Notes under the pieces: generated by a model
Seen by the model: the letters and a program-made list of their open reading frames with translations, nothing else
Told to the model about the DNA's origin: nothing
Database searches by the model: none
Translations under genes and position numbers: made by a program
Shown here: positions 27,783-37,603 of the stretch, piece after piece
Layout of the letters: every line of letters starts with the position of its first letter
How positions within the stretch are numbered: position 1 is the first letter of the stretch
Virus record (IMG/VR): IMGVR_UViG_3300020474_001461
Coordinates: 1-64,000 of that record
Origin: a virus
Reading direction: 5' to 3' (one strand)
DNA length: 64,000 nt

Positions 27783-28747
27783 ACGTCTTTCCAATTAAAG
27801 TTTCTTCCCTGTTTCATAAAGTTATACGCGTTCAACTTTGACATTTCACTCGCTACTTTATACCAATTATTTGATTTTCGTTGTTCATTAATATCATCCC
27901 CAACCTCATCCTGTACATATAATCTTTTCTTTGGATGTTCTCTATTATGAACTAACAATATATTCTTTACAATATACAAAGGAATTTGATTATTTCCAAA
28001 TAATGTTAACATTTTATTCATTAATGCTGTATCTTCGTGAGTAAAGAATACACATTTAGGTATATTTACCCCACTTCTTACAAGTTCAGATGACATTACT
28101 AATCCACATCCATTAAATTTATAATCATATGTTGATTCTATATGTGGTGATTCAGTTTCAGAGTTTATCTCTTCCATTTTATCATAACCCATATAACATC
28201 TTGTTCCATACCACGCATGTGCGTCTCTTGGTAAATCAGTTAATTTTGGGTGTTCCAATGGTTTCCACGAATCATCCCACATTTTACAAGTAGAAAAGAA
28301 TCCTAAATACTTTGGAGTTTGTTCTTTTACTGCTTCATGTAATGATAACATAGTTTCAATCGCCTGTGATGGTACTAACATATCAGACTCACCCCAAAAT
28401 AGTATATCTACTTTTTCACAATAATGTTCATTAAAATCTCTTCTGTAATCTGCGATGGTATATAAGTTTTGTTCGGCTCTCATATCTAACTGATAACCCT
28501 TATTTAGAATCTTAGTACAAATTTTTGAAAACTTTTCTCTAATGTAGTACATAGGTGTTACATCATTTGTTAAGAATTTTTCTCGTAAAAAATTTCTTGA
28601 CATTTTTTCTAAATCTTGATTTGTAACCAAACATAAATCAATTAAGACCTTATCTTTTTGGTTACCTATTGATTTGACTAAGGAATCTAAATATTCCTCG
28701 ACCATATCAATCTCATACCACTGTACTAAACAACCTACTGCTATCAT
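27764..28747 (-). CDS. Putative GT-A glycosyltransferase
   Basis: WGESDM and HEDT motifs resembling the GT2 DxD and ED motifs. Confidence 0.55.
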   Translation of the reverse strand: MIAVGCLVQWYEIDMVEEYLDSLVKSIGNQKDKVLIDLCLVTNQDLEKMSRNFLREKFLTNDVTPMYYIREKFSKICTKILNKGYQLDMRAEQNLYTIADYRRDFNEHYCEKVDILFWGESDMLVPSQAIETMLSLHEAVKEQTPKYLGFFSTCKMWDDSWKPLEHPKLTDLPRDAHAWYGTRCYMGYDKMEEINSETESPHIESTYDYKFNGCGLVMSSELVRSGVNIPKCVFFTHEDTALMNKMLTLFGNNQIPLYIVKNILLVHNREHPKKRLYVQDEVGDDINEQRKSNNWYKVASEMSKLNAYNFMKQGRNFNWKDVWEKVQ

Positions 28748-29565
28748 ATCTCTACTCTTGGAATTCCTTCATAGCCAGGATTTCTATCAGAATTAATTTC
28801 CCATTGAATACCTTGTTCTTTCAACCAATAGTAAATACCTTTTGATGCTTTTGCTACTGATTGTATTTCTCTTGGACCCATTGATGTTTTTGCATACACA
28901 ATCTTTTCGTGTTCATCACCATAAAAGTGTTCTTGAAATACTCTTTGTGTATCATCTTCAGTTCCTTTTTCAAAAGTTGATAAATCACCAATATCCCAAC
29001 CAATAGTTACTATCTTTTTACAACCTAAATACATTGCTAATGGAAGTGCCATTTCATACATAATACCGGGCCCCCAAGGTTGGTTGAATCCATATTCAGG
29101 GTGGTCTAACTTCATAGTATCCCAATCTTCTCTTTCTGATAATGAATGAATCATTTTGTTAGGACCAACCCCACCACCCGTATTTGGATTGTTTCTAAAT
29201 ATTGGTATAAAAATATCTGATTCTAAATTATTATCAAAAATCATTTGAGGATGGAATTGTTCAAATATTGCCCATGTTATGATTGATTTATTATTTGTCC
29301 AATCATATGGTGCAAAGTTACACCAATTTAGTAAATGAAAGTCGGCGACCTCTTTTAAGAAGTCGTAAGACTGTTTGATAGGTAAACATAGTTTATCTCT
29401 TAAGAAGTCTCTAAGTTCTTCTTTTGTGTATCTATTTAGTGATGGACCACCTGCTATTATATATGCAGTTTCACCTTCATACTGATTCTTTAATACTTTT
29501 AATCTGTCTTCGGGTTCTTCTAATTTTAGAAGTTCTTCTCGTAACTTACTTGTTTGTGATTTCAT
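28744..29565 (-). CDS. DUF115/Maf-like (MptE-like) transferase
   Basis: AYIIAGGPSL ... LAMYLGCKKIVTIGWD. Confidence 0.75.
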   Translation of the reverse strand: MKSQTSKLREELLKLEEPEDRLKVLKNQYEGETAYIIAGGPSLNRYTKEELRDFLRDKLCLPIKQSYDFLKEVADFHLLNWCNFAPYDWTNNKSIITWAIFEQFHPQMIFDNNLESDIFIPIFRNNPNTGGGVGPNKMIHSLSEREDWDTMKLDHPEYGFNQPWGPGIMYEMALPLAMYLGCKKIVTIGWDIGDLSTFEKGTEDDTQRVFQEHFYGDEHEKIVYAKTSMGPREIQSVAKASKGIYYWLKEQGIQWEINSDRNPGYEGIPRVEI

Positions 29566-29947
29566 TAAATTGTTTTAATGTCTGTTCCCATGATTCAAAC
29601 CTAATTCCTCTGTCATCTATATAACAGACTGCTCTTGGTTTTTCACAAGTTATTTCTTTTATATAATTATCAATTTCATATTTAGTTAACCACTCCCATA
29701 TTAGTTCTTCACCTGTTTTACCATTTACAAGTGGTCTATCGGGTTTTACTTTTGCAGTAAATAAAACTATATCGTACCCTTGAGACTTAAACCACTTGAT
29801 TGCGTCTAATGAACCCTCAATAGGTGGGTCGTATACAGTTCCATCGTGAAACCCTTTTGAATTACCGTGAACTACACCATCAAAGTCTATTGCGACTTGA
29901 TAGTTGTTTTCGTGGTGTTGCATTTTATCATACTCATCTATATTCAT
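29546..29947 (-). CDS. HAD-superfamily phosphatase
   Basis: VAIDFDGVV, FTA, EKP, YIDDR. Confidence 0.82.
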   Translation of the reverse strand: MNIDEYDKMQHHENNYQVAIDFDGVVHGNSKGFHDGTVYDPPIEGSLDAIKWFKSQGYDIVLFTAKVKPDRPLVNGKTGEELIWEWLTKYEIDNYIKEITCEKPRAVCYIDDRGIRFESWEQTLKQFNEITNK

Positions 29948-30630
29948 TTTGTCCTTTTATTGAAAACATCACCCTTTCTATATGAGTAAGAACCATATAT
30001 AAACTTTCTTGGTGAGTTTGTATTAAACTGTTTAGAGACTGAATGATATGAATCAGGAGTAGATAAGAAAAATACTCCTTTGTTTTTCTTTGCTTCTATT
30101 GTTTTATGTACAGGTAATGCTTTTAAATCCCATATTTGTTGGTCTAATTTACTTAGACTGTCAGACGAGTGGATTAAAAAATCACCACCTTCCCAATCCT
30201 TATCATTAAAGAATATTAAGAAGTTCCAAATTCTTTTATCTGTGTCTCTGTGAATCTCCCTCACATATCCGTCTGTTGCAGAAGACCAATCGATATGTAA
30301 AAAACTATCGGTCTTCAATGAACTATCACCTGTGATAACACTTCCCCAATCTTTCAACTCATCATCATAATAGTTGACAAAACTATGGAATACATTATCA
30401 TCATTTAGATATTCATAAAACTTTTTCCAAGTAGGCGCAGTTTCTATCCAAGACGGAAACTTTGAACTATTTGAATTCATCTTTTTTCTACCACCCATCA
30501 CTGTTCCTTCTGAAGATACATCAGGGAACTCTTGTATAAGATTCTCAAGTGTTTCTTCGTCAAAACAATTTTCTACCTCTATAATAGGGTATGGATAGTC
30601 AGTAGAATTTCCTTCGTTAAAATTAATCAT
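29944..30630 (-). CDS. 2OG-Fe(II) oxygenase
   Basis: HRD ... WEGG ... SYHSV ... R. Confidence 0.78.
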   Translation of the reverse strand: MINFNEGNSTDYPYPIIEVENCFDEETLENLIQEFPDVSSEGTVMGGRKKMNSNSSKFPSWIETAPTWKKFYEYLNDDNVFHSFVNYYDDELKDWGSVITGDSSLKTDSFLHIDWSSATDGYVREIHRDTDKRIWNFLIFFNDKDWEGGDFLIHSSDSLSKLDQQIWDLKALPVHKTIEAKKNKGVFFLSTPDSYHSVSKQFNTNSPRKFIYGSYSYRKGDVFNKRTK

Positions 30631-31015
30631 ATTTTTGATATATTTTTTCTTCAAAGAATTCTGAATTTAGTAAATGGTTTATTTCTTTCTTCTCTGCTGC
30701 TCTTCTGTCATTTGTGTAATAAACCGCTCTTGCGTATTCAATGAATTCTTCATTAAACAATTTCTCTTTTTCTAATAATCTAACTGAATCTTCTATAACC
30801 CACATTTGACCATTTGTCTTTTTGAGTCTACTATAGATTTCTTTCAGTTCATCTCCACCATTATCCCAAAATGGTTTCAATTTATCTTGTAAATAATTAA
30901 GTTCATTTTGAATGTTCTCTCTCTGAACTTCATCTTTTACATTTTCAAGTTTTATTTCAAGGATTGATAACTTATCGAATGCGTCACCAATCGGTGTTTT
31001 AATTTCTATCGCCAT
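30623..31015 (-). CDS. DUF6165-like protein
   Basis: IGDAFDKLSILEIK, W.IED, ARAVY.TNDRR, S.F.EEK.Y. Confidence 0.75.
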   Translation of the reverse strand: MAIEIKTPIGDAFDKLSILEIKLENVKDEVQRENIQNELNYLQDKLKPFWDNGGDELKEIYSRLKKTNGQMWVIEDSVRLLEKEKLFNEEFIEYARAVYYTNDRRAAEKKEINHLLNSEFFEEKIYQKYD

Positions 31016-31934
31016 ATTTTAACATTTTATTTATTCCGTCTTCTAAACATACAAAATTTTCATAACCTATACAACTTTTTAACTTAAAAAGTGATGGTTT
31101 TCTCCATTTTGTATCGTTAGACCACGCAGGTTTGTACTCTACTTTAAATTCTTTATCCATTATTTGATGTATAACCATCGCCAAATCATGAATAGTAATC
31201 TCTTCATCAAATCCAACATTTACTATTTCGTTAGATGTTTTCAAAATTAAATCAGAAACAATATTAGCATGGTCTGTCACATAACAAAAAGACCTTGTTT
31301 GATTTCCATCACCATATAAGTAAAAATCTTCATCTGATTTGATTCTTTCAATAAACTCAGGAATCACTTGACCATAACCACCTGTTGCCATTCTTGGACC
31401 ATAAGTGTTAAAAGGTCTAACTATCAAATACTCTTTTCTTTTTTCATCTGCCCATAATCTTACTAAGAACTCACCCATACCTTTTGAAGACGCGTAAGAG
31501 TCTCTATTTGCAGATGGATGTAAAATCATAGGTTCTGTTTCTTCAGTTGGAACAATTGGTGATGGTCCATAAATTTCAGATGATGACGCATATACTACTT
31601 TTGTTACTGAAGGTGTACATGCGTTCAATACATTCTGAGTCATTAAGATATTATGATTACAGACTTTAAATGGAATATCATAAAAATATCGTGTTCCATT
31701 TATTGCTGCGTAGTGAACAACTACATCGAACTGATGTTCTAACATAAATTCTTTTATTGGTTCACTATAAACTAAGTCTAACTCTTTGAATGTAAAGTTT
31801 TCATGAGTTGGTAAGTTACTTACCTTTCCTCTGAAAAAGTTATCTACTCCAACGACTTCGTGACCACCATCTAATAATGAATCACAAAGATGTGAACCTA
31901 AGAATCCTGCTGCTCCTGTTACTAATATTTTCAT
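30999..31934 (-). CDS. NAD-dependent epimerase/decarboxylase (UDP-glucuronate decarboxylase-like)
   Basis: LVTGAAGFLG, SSSEIYG, YASSK, FNTYGPRM, GDGNQTRSFCYV. Confidence 0.88.
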   Translation of the reverse strand: MKILVTGAAGFLGSHLCDSLLDGGHEVVGVDNFFRGKVSNLPTHENFTFKELDLVYSEPIKEFMLEHQFDVVVHYAAINGTRYFYDIPFKVCNHNILMTQNVLNACTPSVTKVVYASSSEIYGPSPIVPTEETEPMILHPSANRDSYASSKGMGEFLVRLWADEKRKEYLIVRPFNTYGPRMATGGYGQVIPEFIERIKSDEDFYLYGDGNQTRSFCYVTDHANIVSDLILKTSNEIVNVGFDEEITIHDLAMVIHQIMDKEFKVEYKPAWSNDTKWRKPSLFKLKSCIGYENFVCLEDGINKMLKYGDRN

Positions 31935-32734
31935 ATTTCGTATCTCATTCCTTTTGGTACTGTTTTTATAAACTTATCATTTTCTTCATCGATAAATCTA
32001 AAAATGTCTACATCAATATTATATTTCTTACAGAGCACTTTCATTGCTTTTGTATCTTTAGGAAGACACATTCCACCATAACCACCAAACTCTTTATTTA
32101 CATTTAAGTAATGACCTTCACCAACACCATGAAATAAAAATGCGTCTTTGATTGAATCATAGTTTGCACCAAAATGTTCTGCTACTTTATGGAATGAGTT
32201 TGCAAATGTGATTCTCATCGCTTTGTATGTATTTGAAAAATACTTCATAAGTTCTGATTCTATGATTGACATCTTAACTTTGTGGAATGGTAATGAACCG
32301 TGTGATTTTACAATCAAATCATAGTTTTCATCACTATCAGTACCAACAACTAAAATATTGTTATTGTATACGAAGTCTTGATATGCACATCTTTCTCTCA
32401 GGAACTCAGGTACAAAACACATATTAAGATTTGGATATTCACTCATCAATCTTTGTGTAGTGCCAGGTTCTATTGTACTCTTAAGTGCAACAAGACCTTT
32501 ATATTCTAAATCACTAAGTTGACTTATTACAGAATTTACTGCTGTTAAATCACATTCTTGATTCGGACCTGTAGGAGTTCCAACTGTGATAAAGTTAATT
32601 TCTGTATCTAACGTATCTTCTATTGAAGTCTCAGGTATTTTTATATCATACCCAACCACCTCGTGTCCGATGTATTCAAATCCTTTTGATATTGCAGAAC
32701 CTACTGCTCCGATTCCTATAACTCCTAATTTCAT
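31931..32734 (-). CDS. ugd: UDP-glucose/GDP-mannose dehydrogenase family (short form)
   Basis: GIGAVG, KST..PGTT, PEFLRE, KYFSN, GYGGMCLPKD. Confidence 0.85.
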   Translation of the reverse strand: MKLGVIGIGAVGSAISKGFEYIGHEVVGYDIKIPETSIEDTLDTEINFITVGTPTGPNQECDLTAVNSVISQLSDLEYKGLVALKSTIEPGTTQRLMSEYPNLNMCFVPEFLRERCAYQDFVYNNNILVVGTDSDENYDLIVKSHGSLPFHKVKMSIIESELMKYFSNTYKAMRITFANSFHKVAEHFGANYDSIKDAFLFHGVGEGHYLNVNKEFGGYGGMCLPKDTKAMKVLCKKYNIDVDIFRFIDEENDKFIKTVPKGMRYEI

Positions 32735-33414
32735 ATTAGTGTTTCCGATATTTCCCATAAATAATTCCATTTGTTTTTATGCCATTTTCCGGCTTTTATA
32801 TATTCTATGATTTGGTGATGTATCATCATAGGGTCAAAGTAATGTTGTTTACAATACAAATGACCGTATAATGGTACTTGTGACCCATCTACCACTGAAT
32901 CTACAAGGTTCATAAAACTTCCCTCATAAACATGAATCTCTTTTGCTTTTTGTAATACTTTAGTGTAATCTAATATATGTCCCCATCTACCATCAAGATT
33001 TATTACAGGTAAATCAGGATTCTCAAAATAGTTCTGATTGATAGGACTCATTTTTCTAAATACATTATCGTGTGCTCTTTCGTGTATTATAATATAATCC
33101 TCACCGTGTTCTTCAACTAATTTTTCATACAACTTATCTTCTTCTTCAGGTCTTCTGTTCCAAGTTAACTCTCTCCAATTAGGACCCTCTACTCCATCTA
33201 TAAAATTTAGTTTAATAGTATTGTCTTTTGCTCCTGTTCCAAACTGAATGTTTTCTGTATCATTATACAATACCTTAAATAATGGAAGGAGTCTACCTTG
33301 TTGAACATCTAAGTAAACCATATCGTATTCTTTACAATACTTTTCTTTAATTACTGATGACAACATAAGTCCGTCACCAACACCACCTGCGTGTACTATC
33401 CTAATTGCGTTCAT
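32731..33414 (-). CDS. Putative glycosyltransferase (GT9/GT11-like N-terminus)
   Basis: GGVGDGLM, YIIIHER. Confidence 0.5.
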   Translation of the reverse strand: MNAIRIVHAGGVGDGLMLSSVIKEKYCKEYDMVYLDVQQGRLLPLFKVLYNDTENIQFGTGAKDNTIKLNFIDGVEGPNWRELTWNRRPEEEDKLYEKLVEEHGEDYIIIHERAHDNVFRKMSPINQNYFENPDLPVINLDGRWGHILDYTKVLQKAKEIHVYEGSFMNLVDSVVDGSQVPLYGHLYCKQHYFDPMMIHHQIIEYIKAGKWHKNKWNYLWEISETLI

Positions 33415-35108
33415 GCTAATAATTTCTCTACTAATTCTATATCTTCGGGGTAGTCAACTGCGACTGTACTCCCGTCCAATCTAACCATTTTAATCTTATA
33501 TCCCATTTCAATGAATCTATCAATTTCAATATCTTCTTGAAATTCAAGTGGGGTTTTCTTTCCGTAACTCCAAAATGCTTTTAAGTGGTCTCTGTTGAAT
33601 CCGTAGATACAAACTTGTTTCATTGGATTGGTTGGAAGACCTTCCTTTAAGCCAGGAAGTGGATTTCTTGAACACCAAATCAACTCATCATTTAGATTTG
33701 TTATTACTTTTGGTATTTTTTTATCTTCTACATTTTCATGTTTGTTCAAAGGTGCCATACAGTTTATGATATGATTTGGATTCTCTATCATTTTGTCTAT
33801 CACCTTTTGTATATCATTAGAATTTAACATTGGTTCATCACCTTGAATATTGATGATAAAATCTGCGTCAATCTCTAATGCTGCTTCTGCTACTCTGTCT
33901 GTTCCTGTTGGACAAGAGTCTGATGTTAATACTACTTTGTATCCGTGACTTTTTACTAAGTCTACAATTTCTTCATTTTCTGTTGCGATATAAACATTAT
34001 CTTTACCAACAGCATTTTCTGCAATCCCGGCGACCCAAATAATCATTTCGGTCCCAAGAATCTTGGCGAGTGGTTTGCCAGGAAATCTACTTGATTTGTA
34101 TCTCGCAGGTATAACCACCGCAACCTTTGGTTCAATCACCTTTTCAATCTTTTCAGAATCAAACCTAAGGGAATCAGGTATTTCCAATAAAATATCTTCG
34201 ATTCTATTAGGGTTCAGATGTGACTGTTGTAGATTCTGAGGATACAGTGGGTGGATGTGTTTTAATCCACTAACCATATAATTGTGTGTGAATCCCCACT
34301 TGTGTGTTTCCATCAACGGGGTCATCCACTTTCTAATCACGTCTTGAAGAGGTTTACAGTTATACGTTTTGTTTCCCTCACCGTACTGATAATATGTGAC
34401 GAGTTGTTCTGTTTTGACATTACCGACACCTCTACCCATTCCAAGAAGAGTTCCATCAATCCAAGTTGCTCCTTCTTTTTCTGCCGATAAACAGTTTGCA
34501 AAAGCAAGACCAAGATTGTCGTGTGTGTGAACTCCAACCTCACAACCGAACTCATTAAACAACTTCACTAATTCAGTTGTTCTATCAGGTGTAAGATTTC
34601 CGTAGGAATCCGCAAAATATAATGCGTCAAGTTTTAATTCGTTTAGTGTTCCAAATTCTTTTATTTCAGAATCACTCAGTAACGAGATACCCATAAGATT
34701 AATTACTAATCGATATCCTTTTTTGTTTATGTATTCACCGATTTGTTTTGATAATTCAATCTCGGAATGTTTGATTGCAAGTCTACAAATCTCAAATGGT
34801 GAATCACCAAATGGATTTATACAATCATCAATCAACGAAAAATCTACTCCACCATCTTTGATGAAATCTTTGGCGTCAATCATAAATGCAAGTTTTACGT
34901 TTACGGGAAGTCTATAATCTAATACGTCCCAAATAAACCTATCGTTACATTTACGATACTTACCACCTTTTACTGGCGACTTGTAACCTAACTCGATTAC
35001 GTCAACCCCCGATAAATCACATGCGCTAATAAGGTCTTTGACCATTTTGGTATCAAAGTCCCAATTAGTATAGTAACCACCGTCTCTTAATGTACAATCT
35101 AATAACAT
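33411..35108 (-). CDS. Fusion: HMGL-like (DRE-TIM) aldolase plus CMP-Kdo synthetase (KdsB-like)
   Basis: N-half LDCTLRDGGY, ADSYG, HTHDNLGLA, GMGRGVGN; C-half IPARYKSSRFPGKPLA, GTDR, QGDEP, VDYPED. Confidence 0.9.
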   Translation of the reverse strand: MLLDCTLRDGGYYTNWDFDTKMVKDLISACDLSGVDVIELGYKSPVKGGKYRKCNDRFIWDVLDYRLPVNVKLAFMIDAKDFIKDGGVDFSLIDDCINPFGDSPFEICRLAIKHSEIELSKQIGEYINKKGYRLVINLMGISLLSDSEIKEFGTLNELKLDALYFADSYGNLTPDRTTELVKLFNEFGCEVGVHTHDNLGLAFANCLSAEKEGATWIDGTLLGMGRGVGNVKTEQLVTYYQYGEGNKTYNCKPLQDVIRKWMTPLMETHKWGFTHNYMVSGLKHIHPLYPQNLQQSHLNPNRIEDILLEIPDSLRFDSEKIEKVIEPKVAVVIPARYKSSRFPGKPLAKILGTEMIIWVAGIAENAVGKDNVYIATENEEIVDLVKSHGYKVVLTSDSCPTGTDRVAEAALEIDADFIINIQGDEPMLNSNDIQKVIDKMIENPNHIINCMAPLNKHENVEDKKIPKVITNLNDELIWCSRNPLPGLKEGLPTNPMKQVCIYGFNRDHLKAFWSYGKKTPLEFQEDIEIDRFIEMGYKIKMVRLDGSTVAVDYPEDIELVEKLLA

Positions 35109-35159
35109 AGGAAATTGTTAAATTTTCTTTTGACACACATATCGTTTCCAAAAACGCGA

Positions 35160-35783
35160 TTACACAAGGGTATCGTAATACTCATTTTGTTTTTCTTGTT
35201 TTTTGATATCTTTTGGGTGTAACAATGCGAACTCTTCTAAAGAAGGTAAGTTAGAAATAGTATCATATCCTTCGATTTTCTCGTGTACCTTGTTTACCCA
35301 ACGAATGGTATCTGATTTTTTATATATTCTCCACTGAGGGTCTGGCCAATTAATCCAACCTTTTTCATCAACTCTCCATCCCCACTTTTGGATATGTTCT
35401 TGGGTCAAACCTTCTACCGTGTTTATTCTTGGAACAAGAACTACATCAACCTCATTCATTTTTAAAATGTCAGGTAAGTTCTGTATCAATACTTTACTTG
35501 GTATTTCATCTGCGTCAATCTGAAAAATGTAATCACCGTTACATAAATCAGTCAACTTGTTTTTCCAATCACCGAAGTGACCATCAAATTTATCTTTATA
35601 CCATACGAATGCGTTGTTGACAGATTTAGCTCTTAAGAACTCCTCTATCCCCTCATCACCTTTTGATTCGTCAAATAATATTATAACCTCGTCTTCTCTT
35701 CTTTTATATTTTAAGATGTGAGGTAAAAGTGATTGTATTTCTACAAACTCATTACATACGGTTATTGCGTAACTTATTTTCAT
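35160..35783 (-). CDS. Glycosyltransferase family 2
   Basis: ISYAITVCNE, QIDADE, VHE. Confidence 0.88.
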   Translation of the reverse strand: MKISYAITVCNEFVEIQSLLPHILKYKRREDEVIILFDESKGDEGIEEFLRAKSVNNAFVWYKDKFDGHFGDWKNKLTDLCNGDYIFQIDADEIPSKVLIQNLPDILKMNEVDVVLVPRINTVEGLTQEHIQKWGWRVDEKGWINWPDPQWRIYKKSDTIRWVNKVHEKIEGYDTISNLPSLEEFALLHPKDIKKQEKQNEYYDTLV

Positions 35784-35792
35784 AATTTAATT

Positions 35793-36311
35793 TTATAGTC
35801 CTACGGGTGGTACATCTTGTCTCGTGTCCAAATCCGTATCATCTTTTCTAATTTGTTCTTGTTGTCTTCTTTTCGCTGCAGGTTCAATTAAATCGAAGTT
35901 ACCATAATCATAGTTGTAAACTATAACCGAAGTAACATTTTTTTCAACCAAAGTTCTATAACCAACTTGAAGTTTTTTATTCTTGATAACTCCTGAATAA
36001 AATGCTTTAGACGCTTCTTCTATTCTTAGTTTAGTTAAATCTAACTTTCTGATTCCTTTAGTGGTACTAAATACCTCGTCTAAATCCTCTGCTAATTCTT
36101 TAAAATCTTGTGGTTTACAATGTTTCAAGTCTAAACAATGAAATCTCATTTTAAAGTCGGGTTGTAAAACAAATACAAAATAGTCTCGTTGAACTCCATC
36201 TTTTTTTCTGTATCTGATTTTTGCAACCATTCCCCTTTCCAACTTTGACTTATTAAGTTTGGTTGGGTCTTTCATATTACTTCTATGTCTACTTGTGTAA
36301 TCCGACGCCAT
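35793..36311 (-). CDS. Hypothetical protein
   Basis: 172-aa basic ORF coupled to the upstream gene. Confidence 0.6.
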   Translation of the reverse strand: MASDYTSRHRSNMKDPTKLNKSKLERGMVAKIRYRKKDGVQRDYFVFVLQPDFKMRFHCLDLKHCKPQDFKELAEDLDEVFSTTKGIRKLDLTKLRIEEASKAFYSGVIKNKKLQVGYRTLVEKNVTSVIVYNYDYGNFDLIEPAAKRRQQEQIRKDDTDLDTRQDVPPVGL

Positions 36312-37603
36312 TATTTTTTCTTCAATTTAGGTAATTTTAAAGTGACCTGTTGTGGTCCCTGACCTGCTTTATACTCATCAAGTATTTGTGACAACTTTGT
36401 TGCCATATGTTCTTTGGTAAAGTTGGTCTTTACATAATGTCTATTCTTTCTTGACATTTCCAATGCTTTTTTATACTTATCGTATATTGTTTTCATCGTA
36501 CCTGTTGCCTGACCATAATTCACTTTGAACCACTTACTACCTTCTTGGAACCATTTATTTCTTGCTGATGGATGTACTTCTTTTAATTCACCACCAAGTA
36601 AAAAGTTATACTCAGGATGTAAAAAGTCTAAGTGACCACTCCACCCTGATGCGATAATAGGTTTACCACTAACACATGCTTCAAGTAGTGGTCTACCAAA
36701 TCCCTCACCATGAGTAAATGATACATGAGATTTTACCTTTGGATGGTTGTATAACGAGTTCATTTCTTCATCTGTCATATCCCCATCAAGAATGTATATG
36801 TTTGGAAGTTTACCACTCATACCATCCATTTCTTTTATTTTTTCAATTCTTTTTTTGATTTCAAGTACACTTGTTATACAAGGTTTTCCAAGAGAGGTTT
36901 TTAGTATTAACGCAGGTTGTGATTTTTTATTAAAACTACTTGTCTTAAATGTATTCAAAAATGCGTGTATTAATGTTGAGATACCTTTTCTATCTTCACC
37001 CAACTCACCCTGTAACCAATGTCCTACAAATAAGAAACAAAACTGTTCAGGTATTTCTGATAATGTTTTTTCTACGGTTTTTGATATTGGTTTTTTATTA
37101 TCATATATGTCTGTATCATAACCTTCAAATAAAACTTCGACAGGTTTTTCTATTTTTAGTTCACCTAATTTTTGTTTTGTTTGGTCATTGAGTTTATCAT
37201 ACACTGCTTTTAAAGTTGTTTTTGAGTGTTCTGATGATACTATATTCAAGTCCATTCTATTACAACCCTCAATAAAATCTGCGGTTGCGTCTGATGATTC
37301 AATCACTGCGGATACACCAACATTAAAATGACCAACAGGTTGAAACTCATTTGGAATTGTTATTTGAAACCAAACATCAGGTTTTTGTTCTAATTTAGGT
37401 ATAATCCTTGAAGATAAATCTTTATCATCGGGTGTTAATGCATTCATACTTAAATCACCCCACCTTTGAGATAGAATCTTTATATCCCACTCATCACCTT
37501 TTTCTTTTAGTAAAGCTCTTACAAAGTCTCTACTTCTTGAACCATAACCACTTCTTGTAGCAATGGGACAACTAACTACACATAACTTTTTTATACTTTC
37601 CAT
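36311..37603 (-). CDS. Glycosyltransferase family 4 (GT-B)
   Basis: SGYG, RKG, GEGFGRPLLEA. Confidence 0.9.
   Translation of the reverse strand: MESIKKLCVVSCPIATRSGYGSRSRDFVRALLKEKGDEWDIKILSQRWGDLSMNALTPDDKDLSSRIIPKLEQKPDVWFQITIPNEFQPVGHFNVGVSAVIESSDATADFIEGCNRMDLNIVSSEHSKTTLKAVYDKLNDQTKQKLGELKIEKPVEVLFEGYDTDIYDNKKPISKTVEKTLSEIPEQFCFLFVGHWLQGELGEDRKGISTLIHAFLNTFKTSSFNKKSQPALILKTSLGKPCITSVLEIKKRIEKIKEMDGMSGKLPNIYILDGDMTDEEMNSLYNHPKVKSHVSFTHGEGFGRPLLEACVSGKPIIASGWSGHLDFLHPEYNFLLGGELKEVHPSARNKWFQEGSKWFKVNYGQATGTMKTIYDKYKKALEMSRKNRHYVKTNFTKEHMATKLSQILDEYKAGQGPQQVTLKLPKLKKK

Noticed and set aside
35793-36311. T4 gp2 DNA end protector homolog
   Set aside because: Only a vague resemblance; the diagnostic motifs are not matched.
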